In this document: in pieces, positions 57,101 to 64,000 of the stretch
Layout: every line of letters begins with the position of its first letter
Numbering within the stretch: position 1 is the stretch's first letter
Assembly: GCA_905178155.1 (NCBI GenBank)
Contig: CAJINV010000008.1
Coordinates: 1,984,001-2,048,000, forward strand
DNA length: 64,000 nucleotides
Reading direction: 5' to 3'
From: Amoebophrya sp. A120
Lineage: Eukaryota; Protista; Dinoflagellata
Notes under the pieces: generated by a model
Told to the model about the DNA's origin: nothing
The model's database searches: none
The model's input: the letters and a program-made list of their open reading frames with translations, nothing else
Program-made: the position numbers and the translations under genes

Positions 57101-60100
57101 AGGTTCCGGAGCCGATAGCGCTGAAATTCGAGTTACTGCTGAAGGAAATCCCGAAACACCAGCCCGGAAGAGCGTTCTGGTACGTGCGGAAGACAAAGCA
57201 GTTCATCTCCAAGACCGACCCATCAGTACGCGAGCTCTGCGGCGAGTCGCCCGGAACCGCGCAGCCGGATAATCGTGACGAGCGTCAGTGTGTCCCGGTC
57301 CCCACCGCGGAGCAAGCACGGAAAACGCTGAACTTCTACCTGAACCGCGCGAACAAGTATCAAATGTAAAAATGTCTGGGTCTGGAAGAATTCATGTTTG
57401 TCATGCTTGTCTGGCATGATTCTTAAATCTGTCATGCACGTTACCCAAGCGCTCCGTTTTTTTGTGATGCAGAAGCGCAGTTTGTCATGCAGAATAGGCA
57501 ACACCTAGGAGCTCAGAAACTTGTCATGCTGAGCCAGCATTTGTAGCCTCATCATGAGACGCCACCCAGCATCACAAGTTTCCAGACCCAGACATTTTTA
57601 CTTTTGATAACAAGGGACGGGTGCTCAGCGTGTCGCTTCGTTTCGCTGCGGCGGAGCAGATGACCGCCAGGGGCGAAAATGAACAGTCGCGGCAACTGCT
57701 GCGCGACAACAGTCTTTACCAAGACGAAAAAAGCAAGCCCCCATAGAAGTATGTACTCCGATGCGACTTACTTATTTGTGCATCCGGTAAGTAACACATT
57801 CCCATTCAGGCGGACAAACGCCGGCCTGTTCGCGACATGGGTTAATAATTAATAGATGATGCGTTTATTCATGATCCTGGCATGACAGACTTGCTGACTG
57901 TGTGTAGGCAGAACAGATTTATATATTTTCTTGCCAAGAAAATGTGGCCGAGATGAATCAAAATCTACAACTGAGTAGTTGTAGACTGACACACAGATGA
58001 TAGTTGCGCTTGCGCGTTCTCGTCTTTGATATTGTGCAAGAGCGAGTCCATCATTGTGGTGTTTAGCAAGAAAAAATCCAATGACAGTGCATTACTTTGG
58101 GGCCGCGGCTTTTTTCATTCGGATGCTCGGCGCAGTCGTTTCATTTCGCGGGCTCTGGCAGCCTACGCCCGCATCTTCAAAGATAGTCTCGTCTTGCCTG
58201 CTGGGCGAGGTCGAGAACGCGTGGCTGAAGCCACTATGGACGCATTCGGCCAAGCGGTGCAGGACGGACGCGACGGGAAGGAAGAGAAATTATCCCATCG
58301 CCAGTGGTACTGTCCCATCACACTAGATTTGATTAAGGATCCGGTGGTACTCGGGATTGACTGGGAGAAGGGCGAAGACGGACATGGTTTTGTCCCCGGC
58401 CGTGTGGTGACGGTGAGACAGGGAGTTCGCCAGCTTAGAGCGGGTCTTGTCGCCGGTGCCCGGCGAGCAGTACTGCCCGGACGAAGAAGGGCGGACGATC
58501 ACGGGGCCGCTGGACCAAATGCGGAAGGTGGAGGTTGGGTGCCGCAACATATAAAGTTGCGGCCAAACATATCCTGAGTAAAAACGTACCCACACCAGAG
58601 TTGTAATGCAGATTTGCAAAGACAGGAAGACTTGTAATGCGCATCCCCATGAGAGCCATTTCCAATTGTGTTTTGGAATTTGTGATGCTGTGAACAGGAT
58701 GAGCAGATGAATCTGTGATGCGGCTGCACTTGCTAACCTGCACTACTACACTGCAGAGTGCAACTTGTCATGCGTGACTCACAAAACTCCTAGGTTTGTG
58801 TTGCAAAATCCCCATCCTGACTCTGGTGTGGGTACGTTTTTANAGATGAATCTGTGATGCGGCTGCACTTGCTAACCTGCACTACTACACTGCAGAGTGC
58901 AACTTGTCATGCGTGACTCACAAAACTCCTAGGTTTGTGTTGCAAAATCCCCATCCTGACTCTGGTGTGGGTACGTTTTTACTCAGGATAAAACGTCAGG
59001 CAGGTACAGGCCGGGCCAAATGGACGCCCACCCTTTGCGGTTCCGGCAACCAAGCACAGATACGTTTTTGAGCGCGCCGCCATTCAGCGTGTTATTAACG
59101 AAGCGGGGAACGGCGACGTATACCATCCGCTTAATAGAGAACATCTAGACCGCGATGGACGTGAGTTATACGAATACAAAGAGTTGAAGGACGAGATAAA
59201 CTACGTTGTTCGCGAGGGGCTGCGCGGTGCAAATGAGCACGATATTGTGAGGAAAAATTCTGCCTCCCTATACTCAAAAGAAATATTTGCAATGCTGAAG
59301 TGTGGCCACAACCCACAAGTCAGGTCTCTACTCCTGCTACCTGCTCTGTGTCCGAGTCCCATCTGTCATGGTCGGACACTTTCTACATTTTCGCATCACA
59401 AATTTCCGGTTTGCGTATGGGAGTGGGATTTTTTTCATTTTGATTCACGAGCGTGCCGCCAACGGCCAGGAGGCATTCAGGAAGTTGTTCACAGAACCAG
59501 AGTTCCTTATTGGTGCGACACGGTACAACGATCGCATCCAAGCGCTCCGCAACGAAGCAGCGCCGTCCGGGCGCAGTAGACCGACGCGTCTCACGAACGA
59601 GGAGAAGCGTGGCAGACACGAATTTCTCGCTGCTTCGCTGGTAGCCATGGGCGAGAGCATGGGGGGGCTGTGGCAGGCTGAGGATAGCGGAGCGCCGGCG
59701 CAAATGACGATGGAACAACGGCCAGCGCAAATTGAAGGCCACGGCCAGGAGCGGCTGAGCAACCTCCTGCGGCAGTCGGTCGACGGTCTGCGCGAGAAAG
59801 CTATGCATCGCAAATGTCCAACATCTCGAGGATCAGCGTCTGGGTTTCATCATGGAGCGTTTTCTCCAACCGATCGGATTTTTTGTATGGATACACTATG
59901 ATCCCATCATCGACATGCAGCAAATCTGCGTCATGAATGCAGAAAATATCTTGATCTCGTCTTTCTGGCATGATGCTTGGCGTAGCATAGCTTCTGTGTC
60001 TGTTTTGTACACCGAGCTTGTTGTACTGCTAAGTAGGTGAGAACAAGATGCAGTAGAAGTCAATAAGAGCCGCCTGGCAAGGGTTTTTTACATTTAAATG

Positions 60101-63100
60101 CCTTGTTGATCATGATCCTTATGGACTCGGGAAGCCCCTACTGTAGCGATGCAAATCGACGCCGGCCAAAATTTTGAATTCTGTATTATCGGCTCCGAGA
60201 TTTGTAGAAACCCAGAGAGCAGAACCACGAGTTTTATTGTGTTTGCGCGTGATACAGACACAACTCTTGCTCGAGAACGAAAATAACCCGCAACTACGCG
60301 AGCAGTTGATGGAAACACAGGTGCCCAGCATGGTGGACATTCAAAGTACGTTCGGCCGCAAATCAGTCGCGACAAGACTGGCAGAGTGCGCCGCTGCATG
60401 CGGGGACCGGCTGAACCCCACCGGCAGCAGGAGCTGGGACAACGTGGTCAACCAGGTGCCTGGATTTTCTAGAGCGCGACGACAAGAGCCGCTGTCCGAA
60501 GAAACGAGTAAGCAAGTCCTGGTGCTTGCGCTGACCCAGAAGCCACCGGTCGTGGACAGTACTGGCGCTGGCGGCGCGACAATGTCGGTGGTATGCCTTG
60601 CAAATTTCGATCTGGTGGGTCTGGAGAGTTCTGATGCTAGTTTGGTAAGTGTGGTAAAACGACCGTCAAAAAAGCTGTAGAAAAGTGTCAAGTACTATTT
60701 TTTTTTCATGATCTTCAATGGGTCTCCTGATAGTTGGGATGTGCAGATGAAAATACGTGCTGCACAAGCAAGTCGCGCTTGTTTTCCGAAGACGTGCTAG
60801 AGGTTAGACCTATGATTCAGACGAGTCGTATAGAAAATGTATATTCTTGAATGATTTTGATATTCTATTCCGATATTTCCAGTATTCTATACCCACCAGA
60901 TCGATATTTCCAGTCCATAAGTGGGCACCGGCACCAAAACGTGGTGGCAGTTCTCTGCGCTGGCCCGGTTAGACGCACAGCAGAGTTGGCTCGACCTTTT
61001 GAAGCGCGCGTCAACGAACCAGTTGAGACCAGACATCAACAAAAAGATCAAGGACCTACAAGGTCTCTACTTGCAGATTCCCGGGAATGTGTACTATGGC
61101 CACACGGACAACTGCTGCGAGAGTTTAGAAGGTGAAACCGTGACGGGGCAGCGGTTCTGCGGACCCTGCGGCGGCTGCTGCGCTTCGACTTGCACCAGGC
61201 TAGTGGACGGTGGTCTCTGCCAAGACATGGAGAGCTGCGCGAAATGCTGTCACTGGGGCGGCTGCTTCAACTTGAGTGGCGACCGTGCGCAGGGAAGCGG
61301 GGCCAATCTGGTGGAGATGCTCGTGTCTTCGATGGGGGATGCTGACGCCTTGAAGCAACGCGACAGGTTTTCGTTGGAGGATCTCGTGCTGCAGACTTAT
61401 GAAAACTTCGAAAACCGCATGCAGAGGCAGACTTCCGAAACGAGAAGGAACATGTTTGGCAACAAGACCGAGGAGACCGGTTATCCTGCAGAAAAACGCA
61501 CCCACACCAGAGACAGAGTTGTATATTGTATATATGTATGTATGCCACCCAGAATAAATATCTCTCACGCGGCGGTCCCATGAGTGGCATTGTGTAGCCG
61601 TTTTTGGATGGAAGCCACTTCTTGTGCTGTGTATAAAAATCAGCAGAGAGTGGAAGAACAAGTCGATCCGCCGTGCTGCGGCTTTTACTAGCTAGGCACG
61701 ACTGCCTCATCTCCAAACTTGTCATGCGGAGCTCGCGGAACCTCTGGACTTTTCTAATAAACCTTATATCTTGCCTAAGGGATCGTGGGTGCGTTGTTTT
61801 TACACAGGACACCGTTGGAGACCAGTGTTGCGACACTTGCTGTGAATGGATCGGCCGGCCGCGTGCTCGTATTGCCAATCCGCAGGAACTGCACACGATG
61901 GACATGCCGCTAAGTCACGGAAGTTTGCGCAGTCGCAGGCTAGAGCCACACGCCGAGGCGTGTGCCAGATGTGATCAGTGTTGGGCGCACTGCTGGGGCA
62001 AGACGTGCTGCCGGGACATTGTCGGCAACTGCTGCTTCCGCAATTGTCCGGGACAGGTACTGGACGGCTGCGTCGGTTGCGCTTCAACGGCGTGCAACGC
62101 GACCCGTACCGGGTACCGAGCGGCCCGTTCTTGGGCCGGCCGGGGGCCCTGCATCCGCGGGTCCGGCGCTTTGGGTTGCCGTCTGTGTGATAGTGCTGGC
62201 AGAGCCGGGTTGCATTTCTGCGAGCAAGGAGTTTTCTCCGTGCTCGGGGCCCTGGCGTACATCACGGGCGTGGGTGTCACCTACGCTGGGCAGTCATGCG
62301 AGCTCATGGGGAGGGGGGCCGGGTACTGCTGCTGCAACGTCTGCAGGCAGGCGCAATTGATTGGACAAGGCTGTGTGCGGGCGGGTGCGTGCGTTGGCAA
62401 GGAGTGTGTGAAGTGCGGCGTCTCGGCAGGCAGGACGGCCACGGCCGTCGCGGTCGGCGGATCCAGTGCCCCGCCCTATCAACTGCAAAAATGTGTGGGT
62501 CTGGAAGATTGCCAGGTTTGTCATGCATATTTTGAATGACCCATGATGTCTGTGATGCATGCCCTATCATCACAGATTTTAAGAACAATTTGTGATGCCT
62601 CTACCGCATGAGAAATGCCCTCTCCGCGTAGCACAAACTGGAGCCCTCCTGCTGGTCATGCAACACAAATTTTTTTAGAATCCAGAGACAGCATTACTTC
62701 CAGACCCAGACATATTTGCAATGCATACGCCCCAACAGCAGACCATGAACGACGGTGGCGCGCAAGCGACATCAGGGGCGCCCTCGCAGCAGACCGACGA
62801 TTGGGGACTTCGGCCGGACGAACAGCCCGGCTGTTGGCCCTGCGTATGGAGTTCTCGCCACATCGAATGGACGGGGCGACCGAGCACGCCGGCAGCCGAG
62901 GCGCCAAACGGCTCGGCCGTCGTTTCGGGACTGAAGGAATGTGGACGAAAATGGTGCCCGGCCGGAGTTCTCGGAAGCTGTTGCTGTCCTGCCGTCGCTT
63001 GTTCGGCCGCGGTTCTTGCTGATGGTTCCAACCTATCCTATTGAAAATTGCTTTCGCGCCCTCGTCCTCCCCCAAGAAGAAGACAAGTTTATTTCACTTC

Positions 63101-64000
63101 GTATGTAATCGAAGATGATCGATGTTGTTCTCGGATTATAATATCTAGGCTGTCGAGCTGGTGTTGACAGGCCATTTTTTGAAACTGCGACACGGGAGGT
63201 AAGTACTTCGCTCTCGCTCACATTGCGTAGGAGTGACAGCTTGTATACTTACTCCAGAGGGCAACATCATGCAGGACATACAGCTGCAAGGACTTTATTT
63301 TCCAATCCTCGAGAACAGCGGCTGTTACGTGTTGCAGTTACTAAATCTGCTTGCCATGCGATGAATATCTTCAAAGTGTTTTTTCCAGTGGGTGGTGGCC
63401 GGGGGATGCGCCTTTCTTTTCGATACACCCTTGCTCTACGCATCGGAAACGGGGCGATGGCCTTCGCCGGGACGAGCCTGCTTGTGCTGCTGAAAGGGCT
63501 TCTTGGTCTGGTAGACGTGATGTCCAGGATCTTGTGGCCGCTGACGAAGTTTGCCAAACTGCTGCTAACTGCTCTCTGGGTGGTCATCGAATTATTTGTG
63601 GAGCTTATCAAGGACGGCGGACGTGGACTCGTGTCCATTTTGACGAAGGCGTACGCCGTACTGTTGAAGGGCTTCGTCTTTGCCTGGAATTATCTCGCCG
63701 CTCCTGCCGCACAGTTTATGCATTGCAAATATGTCTGGGTCTGGGACGAGAGCAGGGCGCGACTTGGACCGTCGCATTCACATGTTCCTGAATTCTGTAA
63801 TGCATGCTGGGGAACGGGCGCACCGCAGCCGCAGGAGCACTGCTTCTGCTTCTGTGTCTCTGTCGTGACGCAAAATCGCAGTTTTTATTCATTTATCATG
63901 CGCGTTATTTAGATTTACCGAGCGATTGCTTGAAAAAAAATTGTCATGCGTAGGCACGTGGTACGGCAGTCAGTTTTTTATCCAGGTGTGAGGGGAACGA
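54134..64000 (+). CDS. Giant multi-exon protein with split U-box-like domain, Cys-rich regions and TM helices (3' end outside window)
   Basis: ORFs 55269, 55573, 58026, 59184, 59302, 60174, 60921, 61673, 62721 and 63223 join in frame on removing TIR element+5 nt at each gap; WYCPITLDLIKDPVV...RYVFERAAIQRVI..YHPLNREHL is U-box-like; linkage of 54134-55035 is weaker. Confidence 0.6.
55423..55757. mobile_element. Aged family A introner
   Basis: ATGTCTGGGTCTGGAA / TTCCAGACCCGGAC TIR core; decayed TSD CACGG/CGCGA; element+5 excision joins ORFs 55269 and 55573. Confidence 0.75.
57358..57609. mobile_element. Introner family A
   Basis: TIR TATCAAA.GTAAAAATGTCTGGGTCTGGAA; perfect TSD ACAAG. Confidence 0.92.
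57717..58125. mobile_element. Highly aged putative introner
   Basis: Imperfect TIR (GAAAAAAGC..GCCCCA), internal GCATGACAG, element+5 (414 nt) excision keeps frame (NSLRSRFISR); TSD poorly preserved. Confidence 0.5.
58570..58990. mobile_element. Introner family D (reverse orientation; contains 138-bp assembly duplication around N at 58843)
   Basis: TIR TATCCTGAGTAAAAACGTACCCACACCAGAGT; TSD AAACA/AAACG; interrupts the U-box coding region. Confidence 0.9.
59243..59445. mobile_element. Shortened family-B-like introner
   Basis: Degenerate family B TIR and TGTGGCCACAA core; perfect TSD CACGA; excision gives NEHERAANGQ. Confidence 0.8.
59802..60254. mobile_element. Aged introner with GC...AG-compatible boundaries
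   Basis: About 47-bp imperfect TIR (TAT..CGCAAA..CTCG.GG.TC.GC.TCTGGGTTTC); 458-nt removal (59800-60257, GC-AG) keeps frame. Confidence 0.7.
60592..60919. mobile_element. Introner (TIR core TCGATCTGGTGGGT)
   Basis: TAT...ATA ends, TSD GGTGG/AGTGG, excision gives TMSVGTGTKTWW. Confidence 0.85.
61482..61811. mobile_element. Aged family-D-like introner
   Basis: Left TIR TATCCTGCAGAAAAACGCACCCACACCAGAG; right GTGGGTGCGTT..CAGGACA; TSD CCGGT/CCGTT; in-frame junction EETGGDQCC. Confidence 0.78.
62477..62727. mobile_element. Introner family A (reverse orientation relative to 52259)
   Basis: Family A TIR; perfect TSD CGCCC; excision gives SSAPPQQQTMND. Confidence 0.92.
63034..63425. mobile_element. 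Aged introner
   Basis: TATC...GATA ends, weak TIR, TSD CAACC/CACCC, in-frame junction DGSNLALRIG. Confidence 0.65.
63717..64000. mobile_element. Family A introner, right end probably beyond window
   Basis: Left TIR TATGCATTGCAAATATGTCTGGGTCTGG; internal TTGTCATGCG; no right TIR in window. Confidence 0.65.

Noticed and set aside
58705-58981. Exact 138-bp tandem duplication inside the family D element
   Set aside because: The two copies abut an N at 58843, and removing one restores the ~280-bp family length; it is a scaffold-overlap artefact.

Overview
Eukaryotic, gene-dense, intron-containing DNA. It is most consistent with the syndinian dinoflagellate parasite Amoebophrya; this is inferred from intron architecture and gene content, not proven. 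About 17 protein genes lie in two strictly co-oriented blocks. Minus strand, 1-17009: ABHD17-like hydrolase, alanyl-tRNA synthetase, two unknowns, MINPP/phytase. Plus strand, 20095-64000: histidine-phosphatase-like, DIX-domain, two Cys-rich paralogues, Cys->Ser cathepsin B-like, unknown secreted protein, DRP5-like dynamin, RBM8/Y14, SGNH hydrolase, CCT4, sterol desaturase, and a giant U-box/Cys-rich gene. The dominant signal is about 31 non-autonomous MITE-like elements (133-453 bp) from at least 8 terminal-inverted-repeat (TIR) families. They share TAT...ATA termini (decayed in older copies), a 5-bp target-site duplication (TSD; 16 perfect, 8 with one mismatch) and multiple internal TGT[C/G/A]ATGC motifs. 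Thirty sit inside coding exons as non-canonical introns. In all 29 complete cases, removing the element plus one TSD copy restores the reading frame, in either orientation and almost never with GT-AG ends. Two filled/empty-site pairs in the window support recent insertion. Inverted-repeat introner elements are already known from Amoebophrya; the shared end grammar, internal motif, orientation independence and apparent decay toward canonical introns are the aspects worth testing. All coordinates and junctions were derived by hand without RNA data.
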